Source: Callorhinchus milii (Eukaryota). From it: a stretch of 64,000 nucleotides of DNA. Position numbers and translations under genes: made by a program. The notes beneath the pieces are model-generated. The model had not been told where the DNA came from, did no database searches, and was given only the letters and a program-made list of their open reading frames with translations. Shown in pieces: positions 24,461 to 36,119 of this stretch; within the stretch, counting starts at the first letter, position 1, and every line of letters begins with the position of its first letter. The stretch lies in assembly GCF_018977255.1 (NCBI RefSeq), contig NW_024704765.1, forward strand, positions 6,820,001-6,884,000, written 5' to 3'.

Positions 24461-26896
24461 TGTGGTCCAGCAGATCCCTTGTGTGTGTTTGAGTGAGTGA
24501 GTGAGTGATGGAGAGAGAGAGAGAGAGAGCTTCACAAAAAAACACACCCCCACAGCCCTCCTTCCCCCCCAAACCCCTCATCTCACGTTAACTTGGTACA
24601 TTTTTAGGAAGTGGAGTAATTGGCACTGACATTGACCAACGTGTCTCTGGGTTTTTCCTGTCAATTCCACCCCAAAAGCCAATGGGCTGAGCCACCAGAG
24701 GGGCGGGATGTCTATGGACAACCCAACCAGAGGCTTCTGTCTGTCTCTCTCTCTCTCTGTGTGTGTGTTCCTCTTGTGTCTTCGAGCTGTGTTTGGCCAC
24801 AGAAAGTGGGACAACCCCCTGTGCCCACAGCTGATGGTCTCAGGAGGAGTTGGGCAAAGCCGCTCAGAACCTTCCCCCCCAAAACCCCACTGAGCCGCCA
24901 ATGCGCTTCTCTTGAAACTCCCCACTCCCCACTCCCCCCCCCATAGCATCCTCTCGCCTCCTTCCTACCCATTGGGTAGAGCCAATTCAGGATCCTTCCA
25001 AGAGCCAACAGCGTCCATCTCCCCACCCCCCACACCCCCCCCCCCCCCCCCCCACCGCCGCCCCTTTTCTTCCGCCTTTCTTTTCCTTCCTCCTTTCTTT
25101 TTCTTCCTACTTTTCCTTCCTGAGAATACCGCAACTGCTTTTGGGCTGCAACTCTAAAGCCAATGACAATATTTTCCGCTGAGGGTCCATCAAGCCATTG
25201 CTTCCCCCACCACCCCCCCCCCCCCCCCCCCCCCCCGCCCCCTCTCTTGCTGCCTCTATTAATAAAGGCTGGGGATTCAGATGGAGAAATGTTCTGTGTA
25301 TGAACAGTAATATGAACTCCCATTGCTGTGGCCGTGTGCTAAAGTACTGGTTTCTTGGTGCTGCCAATGGGTGGTGGTGTCTGTGTGTGGTGGGGTGTGG
25401 GGGGGAGGAGAGGGGTGTCATAAAACAAGCATCAGAATATCCAGACCCCCCCCCCACTTCTGGCATCCAGCCCCTCCCCCACTGTAAATAAAAGTTTTTT
25501 TTAACTTGTATGGGACGAGATTAATGCCAATAAACTTTGCCTTCGACCTATCACTTTGTTGAAACGTCCCACTGAGCGCTTCACAGGGTTTTATTGCAAA
25601 GTGTAGTGACTGTATATTTTGTAGGCGAAGGCGACAACCAATTTGCACACAGTAAAAAAAAACACATAGATCAGTCAAGTTAATGGTTACCCTCTGAGGG
25701 ATGATTCTCCCTCCGCTCTGGTCATCTACTGTGCTTCAGATGAGACGTTAAGACGAGATTTACCGTGAAGTGTAGTGACTATGTTTTGCAGGCAGACGCC
25801 GCAGCCAGTTTGCGCAAAGGCAAAGTCCCACGAACAGCCATAAAGTGAATGTCCGTTTTTTTCTCTCTGGGGGAGTTGTTGGCCTTAGGATGAGATGTTA
25901 AACCAAGGTCCCGTCTGCCCGTTCTGGTGGAGGTTAAAGGTCCTGAAAAGAGAAGGGAGTTTCTCCCGGTGTCCTGGACAATAATCCTCCAAATGAAATT
26001 GTTCACCTGTTTCAAGACAGTTTGTGGGACATTGCTGTGCACAATTGTGCTTCCGTGTTTGCCACTCCAATTCACAGTAAATCCTCCCAATGTAAAAGGT
26101 ACTGTACCAAATGCAAAGGTTATTATTATTATTATCTGCCTGTTCAGGTGGAGATTAAGCGGCACTATTCGAAAAGAAAATACTTTTTTTTTTAACCTGT
26201 ACGTTAATTCATTTTTTCCAAATCAGGATGAATACTCCAAAAAAGACAAATACCCCAATATGGTAAGAAAATAAATATTGCCATAGGTTCCGTAAAATTA
26301 CGTGTCAAAACTTTACAAATTGAGTTACTGCTTTTAAAAAAAACCAAACGCGAGTTGAAGTCTCTTTGCCTGACGGGGAATTGTTGATGTGAGAGTCGAG
26401 GCAGTGGCCGAGTGCGTGGGATTTGCTCAGCGCTAACGGGCTGCCACTCGCGGTGTCAGCATCAACTAAGGTATTAATTGGTCTGTGGGGCAGGGTAGCG
26501 ACCAAAGGGATTCAACTGTGCTCCTTGGTTCCGGATTTGGACGCGTTCATTCACACGCTCATCTCCACCTCAAGCACGGTTGCACTCATCTCGTTTAACT
26601 TTCCATTTTGCCTTGAAGAAAAGAGGTAAGTTATGTATAACGTGTGCACAATGTGCAAAATACGCATAGAAATAACATGCGAGCTTTGTTATACAGTGTG
26701 AGTTAGACATGTAGGATAATTCCGAGCTATTAGTGGTGCAGATGATGTAAACGTGTGGCGTATAAGCTACATTTAGTATTAGGGGGTAAGGTAAGGGTAT
26801 GGGTTACAGGCTTTGTGTAGTGGTTCAGGATGCGTAGCACCTAAAATCTGATCAAGACACGTGTACAACAACGCAAAGCACTTAACAGATACAATA

Positions 26897-27468
26897 TAAT
26901 CCTTGCATTTGATATAGTGCCTTAACACATCGTCGAGACGTCTCAAAGCGCTTCACGGAATATGCCGTAAAGTGAATCGACTGTATACTTTGTGGGCGAA
27001 ACACAACAGCCAATTGCGCACAGCAGCGTCCCCACAAAAATGCCGCGGATTGAGTGACCGCTTTTTTTTTTTGAAAGGATAATTACCCTCAGAAAAGCGA
27101 TCTGCCAATCGACTAACAACACGGGTTTCTTCTTACTGCTGCAGGATATAATAGAGCACCAATTGGGGAACAGAGAGATTTAAGGACATTGAGTGAATGT
27201 TGGTTGAAGAATTACCGTTTGTTTTCAAGGAAGAAAGAGATAGAGGAAGTGAGGCAACAAGATTTTACAAGAGAGTTTCAGAGGACAGGGGCAAACTGTG
27301 GTGGATTGAGTAACCAAATTTATTTATTTTCTTTTGGAGCGGTTATTAAGGCCGGAAAAGCAATCTCGATCCACTAACAGCCTACTACTGGTAGGTAAAC
27401 CTGCCGTCTGGGAATCGAGCCCAGGTCCTCTCGCTTGCGAGGCGAGCACGCTAACCACTACGCGACGG
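26897..27468 (-). mobile_element. Two reverse SINE pieces (about 26897-27140 and 27290-27468) upstream of the ora3-like CDS
   Basis: Tail/body piece and body/head piece of the same family. Confidence 0.75.
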
Positions 27469-27554
27469 GAAACGTTATGTCGGGCAGAAGGTGATGGGTT
27501 CAAGTCCCATGTCGGAATTGCTAGACTGTGTTTGCCTCTCCAGGCTGCCGTAAC

Positions 27555-28483
27555 ATGGCTGAACACCCGGTGCTGGTGGTGGCGTACGGGCTGCTCGTGT
27601 CCTGTGGGATCCTGGGCAACTCCGCCGTCATCAGCGTCACAATGGACAGCACTTGCGAGAGGAACCGTCTCTCCTCGTCCGACCTCATTCTGATCAACAT
27701 CGCAGTGGCCAACCTGCTGCTGTCCTTGACGAGGAACACCTACTGCTGACCTTGGATGCCGGTCTCCCCGTCTCTTTCTCCAGCGAGGGCTGCAGGCTGA
27801 TGATGTTCGTCTGGACCTGGCTCAGGTCAACCAGCATCTGGGTGACCCTCAGCCTGAGTTGGTTTCACTTTGTCACGGTCAGAACCAGCCGGGGAGCCCT
27901 GGAGAGGCTAAGCGAGAGGAGGCGGGTCATCGCCCTCATGGCGGCGGAGTGGGGAGTCAACCTGGTCTATTCCGGCTTTGCCCTGGGCTACTCCTCCAAC
28001 TCGACCAACAGCACCAACCACCTGGCCGTGATCAGCAGCACCATCCGGCCTCTGCTGGGCTGCGTCTGGACATTCCCAACCAAACAGAGCGGTTTCATCT
28101 ACGCGCTGGTGTCCGTGGTGGTGCATGAGGCCATTCCAGTCGTCCTAATGCTCTACGCCAACGCAGGCACTTTGCTCTTTCTGTACCAACATCACAGGAA
28201 GGTCCAGGACTCTCAGCTCGCAGGGGGCGACCGCATTTCCCACGAGTGGAGAGCGGCCAAAACCATCCTGTATCTGATCGGCCTGTTCGTCTTCTGCTGG
28301 GGAACTCACGTGCTGTCCGTGAACTATTATAACTTCAAAGGAAGCCCTTCAACCCATTATCTACTGGTCATAGCCAGGTTTTCTGCCTCTGGGTTTATAG
28401 GGCTTTACCCCTTGGTGGTGGCGATGGGGCACAGCAAGCTCAAACACAGGCTGAAGAACATCCTAAAGTGTCTTTGTCCGTAG
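27555..28483 (+). CDS. ora3: V1R/ORA family chemoreceptor, ora3-like; 1-nt frameshift at 27738-27741 (pseudogene or assembly error)
   Basis: Frame 1: MAEHPVLVVAYGLLVSCGILGNSAVI...SSDLILINIAVANLLLSLTRNT. Next frame: LLLTLDAG...GCRLMMFVWTWLRS...SSTIRPLLGCVWTFP...VHEAIP..WGTHVLSVNYYN..LLVIARF..MGH.KL. Seven hydrophobic segments; motifs match teleost ora3 as recalled. Restoring one C gives 309 aa. Confidence 0.85.
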
Positions 28484-31400
28484 CACACGCGGCAATATCG
28501 ACAACTGCGTTGTCAGATATTAGCGGCTATGAACATAATAATCCTTGCATTTGATATCGTGCCTTTCACATCGGGAGGACGTCTCAAAGTGCTTCACAGG
28601 ATTCCCCGGGCAGGGCCAAAGTTTAGTCAAGTTTCTTTTACTTCACGCGTCCCTGTTTACCAAGCAGTAAGTTGGAACACGGTTGTTAGTCGATTGGCGG
28701 ATCGCTTTCCGGGGCCAATAAACTCTTCCAAAAAAAAAATTTGGATCTCTCACTCCACGACTGCTGTGCGTATTCTCCCACAATATAGTCAATTCACCTC
28801 GCAATATATTCTGTGCAGCTTCGAGACGTCTCAACGGCGTGTGTTAAGACTCTATATCAAACGCAAGGATTATTATTGGAACAAATCAAACGGTACACTG
28901 TACTCAGTAAAACTACACAGTGATCAGAAAAACCACACGAAAGATCAGCCTGAGATTTCTACAGCTAAAAGTCTCAAGTCTTACATTTTGATATTGTGTA
29001 AGTCCGTCTCCTGAGGTGTTTAGTTTAAAAAGAAGTGAAAGTTGGGGTTGTACGGAAACAAAACAAACTGCAAAGGATGAAGGAAACAGAAGAATAATGA
29101 GAAGAGAAGAGAAATAAATGAACGAGCAAAAAAAGAGGTCAGGCATTCAAAACTTGGACATTAAAAACATTAGGGATATGGGGAAAGAGCTGGAAAATGG
29201 GATTGATTTAAAAATAATTGATCGAGTGCTAAAAATAATGCTCTTTTGCCTTTGACATATCACTTCGTTAAAATGCCTCGAAGCGCCTCACAAGATTTAC
29301 TGGAAAGTGTAGTAACTGACAATTTGTGCGCCAGTCACAAAGTGAATGAGCAGTTTTATTTGATGGATGCACATCTACTTCCTCCAAACTTAAGATAATT
29401 GCAGGATGTAATGAGTTTATATTAAACTGCTCCCATTGATGGTGAGAATGAGATACAGTTTGTGACTTTCTGCAATCTGTCACTATATTATTACATAACG
29501 TGGGACAATTATGACTTGACTGCAAGAATTAACTTTACGCACGTGTGACACTAAGTCATTAATTCAGTCTGTACTCATTCCATCACAATAGCCGTCATCA
29601 CCCGAGGGGATTCAATTTACTGCTTCTTTATTCGGAGTTTGCAGCGTTAATTCTCATCCACTCGCTGTGCGTTAACATACTCCGAGTCTACGCTCAGCCC
29701 CCTTCAAAGCACGTTGAAAAGGAGGAAAGAAATTTGATCCTGAAAGATAGGGACAACATTCCATTTAGCATTCAATCAGGCAGACGCCGGCTGGCTTCAC
29801 GCTCCCTGCCCACCCCCCCATCTGCAGTCGGGCATTCACCTCCTTCAAGGTCCATCTCAAGACCATCCTCTTTGACCGCGCCTTTGGTCATCTTCCACCC
29901 TCGCCCCTCCTTGGCCTCCACCCCTCCCGAATCCAACCCCCAGCACGGGTGCACACTCTTCACTGTCCAGCGCCTTGGGACGTCCACCTGACTGACTGAC
30001 TGACTGAAGCTCTTCATTCACATGAATTGTTTGCACTGAAAGAAAGGAGAGACAGAAGGAAGAAGAACAGTTTTATAGCACCTTATCAGATTGAATCATT
30101 TACTGAATTATATTGAACCACAATTACAGGCGGCGTGAACCAGTTATAGATTGTGTGTGTGTGTGTGTGTACGTCAGGCACACATCCCAACTTCACACAG
30201 ACCTCAGTCGTTGAGGAATGTTCTCCAACTCATTACTGTTAATGACCTTCGGGCAACGAGAACCAAGCAATTAATTTAATTGAATTGTTCATGAGACGTT
30301 GTCGCTAACCCCAGTGCGCATTGTTGCTGTTCTTGCCCTGAGGTTACCACTTGCTGTAAAGCACCCGTAAGCAGTAAGCACACACGCTGAGAAATATTTC
30401 AGAACAAAATAAGTGCTTCTCTGTGAAAGCGTAGTCTGGAGCTGTCTCAACCTCTCTAAGTGCAGTGTTGGGTGAGGAGCGCTGTAGTGTTAGAAGGTGA
30501 CGGGCTTCAGCTGAAACCTTACACCAAGGTCCTCCCTATCTGTCTGCTCAAGGTGGACATTAAAGATTCAATAGCGCTATTTTGAAGGAAAAGAGAAGGG
30601 CAGTTTTCCCACCGTGTCCTGGCCAACAATCCCCTCAAGTAAAATTGGTCACTCACCTCATCACTATTGATGTGCACAAACCAGCTGTCACGCTTGGCTT
30701 ACAGTTACAGTCACTACACTTTTTACAGTAAAATGTTGCGAGTCGTCTCAATGGCACGATAAGGTGCTTTGATGCAAAGGTTGTTCTTCTTCTTATCTCA
30801 AGACGGTGAGGGCGCTGAGAGGAAAAGCATTGTGTAGGACGGCAGAGAAATCGTTGAGGAGGAACGAGAAGAATACTCAATGGCCGTGAACAAAGGAGTC
30901 TTGGTGTTTAGGGGGGGAATTAATCCACCCAGCGGCAAAAAATCAGCAGGTGCAAACAAGTCTTGGTCTGGAACCGCTGATGGTCCCACCCAAGGAGATA
31001 ATTAGACCTCGGAGAGCATTGGTTTCCCAATTACTCTTGCCCGCAGGCGAGACGGCAGGAAGTAGATGATGCTTTGAGGTCCTGGTCTTTGCTAATTTCA
31101 AGTGTGTTTACGGGAACTGGAGCCCCACAAGAGGCAAATAACGATCAGGAATTCAATGTCGAAGCAGCAAAATAAAAATCTATTCATCAGGGTCTCGGCA
31201 CCGCATGGCAGTCATTAAGTGAGATGCGCTGTCAGCGGGAAAAAGGGGTCTCCAGACTTTTATCGCACGTCAAGCTGTTGTTTACAATCGTTTCAAATTC
31301 ATAATGAGGCACAGAAGCAGACTTCGTTTTACGACCGGATGCTAAGCTGCTCTTAGCACTGCGGTGTCGTAGGCTGGCAGGAAGCAAGAGCCTTTTAAAC

Positions 31401-32522
31401 ACGTCTTAAGTTTTCAAAGATTGAATGCATCCGAGCCACAACCGGTTATCATTTCATATGATAGAAGCCGCGCTCACGAGAAACACTGTGATACTAGTAA
31501 TGATCCTTGAATTTGACCCAGCGCCTTATCGTGTGGTTGAGACGTCTCAAAGCGCTTCACGGGATATATCGTAAATACACTGTAACCTGTGAAGTGACTG
31601 TGTACTTCGTGGGTGACTGTATGGAGGAGAGCGATCTGCCTGTCCGATGCACACACCCGGTCACGTTTATAGCTGGGGTTTTCACCTCTGCTATTATATT
31701 CAGTCACTCCACTTTACCGTGTGTCCTGTGAAGCGCTTTGAGACGTCTCGACAACGTATTAAGGCGCAAGGATTATTATATTATTGTTGCGTTCACATAG
31801 AGCCTTTCGCGCACACGATGATGCTTCGGTCTCTTTGAGTGAAACTGATCAGAATGAGTGAACAGCTACCTACACGCCTTCACTTCACGGCGAAGCAGGG
31901 CTAACGTTTATCCTCCCAGCAGACCCAGTTGGTGTTGAGTGCGCCGTGAATCCTGACCTCTCTGGCGATCAGCCTCACGAACAGGAGTTAACTTTCGCAT
32001 TAAAAGAGTGAAAAACGCCGTCGAGACCTCGCAATCGGAAATCGACGAAGTGGCGTCAGCTTACGAGGAGCGCGCGCGACGGTGCTGCAGGTGCGAGCGA
32101 ATTAAACCGGAAAACCCTTCGGAAAATACTTAGCTCGCTCATCAACCAACGCACCGGTTGCTAGGCAGAGGGTGCGGGTTAAATGAAGCGTTTCTACCTG
32201 GTCAGCACAAAGAAAAAAAAAACCTTTAAAAATAAAGTAACAGCAGAACAGAGACCAAGATGCTGCTCTGCCAGTCACGCTGAAGAGACTCGCTTCAAGG
32301 TAAGCTTCTGTAGGACATATCAACGAAGAATGAGATGGAAGCCACGTCACTTGCCCGGCTGCTCTGTCCTGATAAGTGCTGCACTGCCGCGTGGATCAGC
32401 GAGAGGCAAATGAAGAGAGAGAAGCCGAAACTTGCATTTGATTACAGCGCCTTTCGCGCCCGGAGGACGTCTCAAAGCGCTTCCGCGGATTCGCTGTAAG
32501 GCGCAGTGACTGTGTGTTTGTG

Positions 32523-32840
32523 GAGTCCCGTAGCTCAGTGGTTAGCGCACTCGCTTTGCAAGCGAGAGACCCGGGTTCGATTCCCGGCAGGGGGTGAAAC
32601 CTTGGGCAAGTTTCCTTACTCCACACCCCTGATAATAATCCCTCAAGAAAAAGAACAATAATAAATTGGTCACTTCAATCCGCGGCTGTTTGTGGGGGGA
32701 CGCTGCTGTGCGCAATTGGCTGCCGCGATTCTCCCACAAATATACAGCCAATTCACTTTACACTCTATTCTGTGAAGCGCTTTGAGACGTTGAGAAGGCG
32801 TGAAAGCTGCTATATCAAATGCAAGGATTATTATTATTAT
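32523..32840 (+). mobile_element. tRNA-derived SINE with intact head (abundant family in this window)
   Basis: A box TAGCTCAGTGG, B box GGTTCGATTCCC, then CCTTGGGCAAGTTTCCTTACTCCACAC, body, and tail GTGAAGCGCTTTGAGACG...ATCAAATGCAAGG(ATT)n. Confidence 0.9.
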
Positions 32841-32856
32841 TTTGTACACAATCTCA

Positions 32857-33185
32857 GCGGCCAATTTGCATACGGCAATGTCCCACAACAGCCACGAAGC
32901 TAACGAACAATTGTTGGGTGGTTGTTGGGCAGGAGATCGACCGGGTGAAACTCCTTGCTCTTTTCGAGTAGTGCCATGGGATCTTTTAACGCCCAAGCTG
33001 AGTGGCAGACAGGACCTTGGTTTAACGCCTCATTGAGGGACAGCACCTCCGACCTCCAGCGCTTCCCCCCAGCACCTCACTAAAATGTCAGCCTAGAATA
33101 CATGAGCTCAAAGTCCCGATGTGGGACTTCATCCCACAACTTTCTGTCTCGACGGCAAGAGTGCTACCAACTGAGCCAATCTGAC
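32857..33185 (-). mobile_element. Older Deu-domain SINE (SacSINE1/AmnSINE1-related)
   Basis: Reverse of tRNA head...GTTAAACCAAGGTCCTGTCTGCC...AAAAGATCCCATGGCACTA..CGAAAAGAGCAAGGAGTT, the Deu domain as recalled. Related degraded copies at about 20-215, 1490-1690, 5240-5660, 25885-26135 and 30470-30795. Confidence 0.7.
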
Positions 33186-34362
33186 TCCTGGCTGCTGTGT
33201 GGTTGTAAGCATTATTTATTACTATGATTGTTATTTAAGTGCTTTTACACAGTTCAGCGTGCTAAGGCGTTGTTAAAGAAGAACCGTGCAGCGAGAGTAG
33301 AATCTAAACGGTTATTCACTCGAATTGAAATGGCTGAATTCTTACTTACCCATCCAGCCAGCAGAGATAATAAACTTGTGTCCTGCTGTTGGAGCCCAAG
33401 TGAGCGAGGTAAAAGAACGTATGATCCCTCTGCGATTCCCAGATTGCCTTTTCGTAAATGTTATTTTTCTTCCTCCATGTTTAAGCTGCTCTATTTAACT
33501 TACTCCACCTTTTGGGCAAAGCTTCGATACCTAACCAGTTTGCTTCGGACCGACGCTAAAGATCCCATCCGTGCGGCTGCTCAACCAGGAGAAGGAGATT
33601 CTTCCCGTTGTCCTGGCCAACAGTCCCTTAGATAAAACGGGACCTCGCTGCGCGCAAAATGCTTTGTCAAATTTGTCTACAGCAACAGTCGCTGCACAAT
33701 AATCACTGTGAAGCACTTTTGAAATGTTTTAAGGTGATAAAAGTGCTCTTGTACAGAAAGGCAGGTCCTTTCTCTCCTTGACGGAGACTGCCATCTCGTG
33801 AACACATCGCTGAACTACATTTGTGGGTGAAGCAAAACGGTAACGGGTCTCATTCTACATCTCGAATCCGTTACAGTCTTGTCCGCTCCCTAGACACGCA
33901 CTCTCCTCCTCCGACCCCATCCTCCTGCCCGTGCCCTCAACCCCTTTATTTGCTCATTCCACGCTCCCTCTGTCCTACCATTGGCCTTGAGCCACCGTGC
34001 CTCTGTCCATCAGAAATACTAATAATCCTTGCATTTGATGTAGCGCCTTGTCACGTCGTTGAAAGCGCTTCATGGGATACACCGTAAAGCGGAATGGACT
34101 GTATATTTTGCGGGCGAAATCTCTCTCCCCGGTTCCTCTCAATAATACTACAAAATACAGTCACTACACTTTGCATTGTATCCTGTGAAGTGCTTTGAGG
34201 CGTCTCGACGACGCGATGAGGCCCTATATCGAACGTGAGGATTATTATCATTAATAAGGTAAGCGGGAACGCATCGGCGTAATGTTTTATTCACAATTTT
34301 AAATGTTGTAGATTATTAATAGCGTGCAACACACGCTATTGAGAAGCCTGGTAAACGGGAGC

Positions 34363-35289
34363 ATGACGTATCAATTTAACCCTCACATCATCTTCTACGG
34401 AGCGCTGATCTTTCTGGGTACCCTGGGCAACTTCCTCGTGCTCGCGACCATACTGGCCATCGTGTTGGAGGACCACAGTTTTCCTTCCTCCGACATTCTC
34501 CTAACCAACCTGACCATCGTGAACCTGCTGATTTCGATCTTCTGGAACATCCCGGAGTTTATCTTGGAGTCGGGGGTTGAGATGCTGCTCCCCCTGAGCT
34601 GGTGCCGGCTGTTCATGTTCATCTGGGTGTGGCTCAGGTGCGTCAGCATTTGGGTCACTTTCCTCCTCAGTCTCTTCTACTTCCTGAAGATAAAGCAGCA
34701 TGTGCGGTTGTCCACCAAGGCCAGGGAAGCCACCTTTGTCTCGGCCACCCTGCTGGCCATCTGGCTGGTCAACTTCGCCTACGCCATACCCGCCCTGTTC
34801 TACGCCAAGGCCACTTCCGGGAACGAGACAGTGTCCCTGATGATCGTCAGCACCACCGTCAAGCCGTTCCTCGGGTGCGTGTGGAACTTTCCCAACGCCC
34901 AGGCAGCATTGGCGGTTTCCAAGTCCTACCTGGTGATCCAGGAGATCCTGCCCATGCTGCTCATGTTGGGCACCAACCTCAGCACTGTGTACTACCTGCA
35001 GAAGCACATGAGGTCCATCGGGGTCGAACGGCTGCACAGCTTGCAGGTAGAGAGGAAAGCAGCCAAGGTGATCATGGCTCTGGTGACCCTGTTCGTGCTG
35101 TGTTGGGGAACCCACTTGTTGGCGGTCAACTATTACAGTTACAACCGAGGGAGTGCCACCAGCTTTATCCTGACCCTGGCAAACTACAGCGCCTCGTTGT
35201 TTATTGGCTTCAGCCCGCTGATATTAGCCATGGGGCACGGCAAGCTACGTGGCAAGATCTGCAAAATACTGCGTATTAAACTCACGTAG
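34363..35289 (+). CDS. ora4: V1R/ORA family chemoreceptor, ora4-like; intact, intronless CDS, 308 aa
   Basis: 7TM ORF with LGN, SSDILL.NL, WCRLFMFIWVWLR, STT.KPFLGCVWNFP, EILPMLLM.GTNL, ERKAAKVIMALV.LFV.CW and SASLFIGFSPLILAMGHGKLRG motifs typical of ora4. Confidence 0.9.
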   Translation: MTYQFNPHIIFYGALIFLGTLGNFLVLATILAIVLEDHSFPSSDILLTNLTIVNLLISIFWNIPEFILESGVEMLLPLSWCRLFMFIWVWLRCVSIWVTFLLSLFYFLKIKQHVRLSTKAREATFVSATLLAIWLVNFAYAIPALFYAKATSGNETVSLMIVSTTVKPFLGCVWNFPNAQAALAVSKSYLVIQEILPMLLMLGTNLSTVYYLQKHMRSIGVERLHSLQVERKAAKVIMALVTLFVLCWGTHLLAVNYYSYNRGSATSFILTLANYSASLFIGFSPLILAMGHGKLRGKICKILRIKLT

Positions 35290-35517
35290 GGGAGCCAGTG
35301 TATTATTATTATTATTATTATTATTGACGACATCTCCGCGTTACTAAGCTTTATAAAAAGCCGTGCCTTTGATACCTTGTCCTTGTTGGAACGTGTCTCT
35401 CTCAGTGTCTCGTCAGCGCATTACGCCGGCTACCGAGCCGTCGCTGCCACACAATTGGCGGCTGATTTTGGAGCGGGCGCCGGGAGTGGGGCGACGAGCG
35501 TTTTCATCCAAGCGGCA

Positions 35518-35898
35518 TCCCGTCGCTCAGTGGTCAAGGGCCCTCGCCCTGGCAAGCGAGAGACCCGGGTTCGATTCCCGGCAGGTCAGGGCGAAACCTT
35601 GGGCAAGTTTCCTTACCCCCCCCACACACACGCACGCACGCCCACACACGCACGCCCACACCCACGCACCCCCTAATAATAATCCCTCCGAAAAACAAAA
35701 CGATAATAAATCGGTCCTCTTCAGTCCACGACTGTTTGTGGGGAGGAGAACGCTGCCGCGCGCAATTGGCTGCCGCGTTTCGCTCACAAAAATACACAGT
35801 CACTACACTTTGCAGTGTATCCCGTGACGTCTGGAAGACGTGGTGAGGCGCCGTATGAAATGCCAGGATTATTATTATTATTGTTATTGTTATTATTA
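35518..35898 (+). mobile_element. Same SINE family, full length, downstream of ora4-like
   Basis: tRNA head, body with CA-rich insert, (ATT)n tail. Confidence 0.88.
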
Positions 35899-36119
35899 AG
35901 CGCGGAAAACGGCTAATAAAGGGGATTTGGGACGTCTGAACAGCGCGAAACCCTCCACACAGACCCTGTTACTGATTCCTATTGTATTTTCCGTATCGGG
36001 TTTATTGTTTCGGGGGTAAATATTCGGGGCGGAGTTTTTTTGGGGTCTTTTTTTTTAGGAGCCGAGTCTTTAGGGATAAAGGGATTTGGGTCAATACTTG
36101 GGGTTGTTTATGGTGAATG

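Noticed and set aside
22434-24492. Long ORFs of 280-515 aa on both strands
   Set aside because: They are translations of stop-poor minisatellites (C/V/P or G/T/H repeats); only 23481-23664 is GOLIM4-like coding.
32524-32594. tRNA-Ala(TGC)-like cloverleaf
   Set aside because: The acceptor stem is mismatched and the sequence runs straight into SINE body and tail; it is a SINE head, as are similar ones near 19930, 35520, 46090 and 63455.
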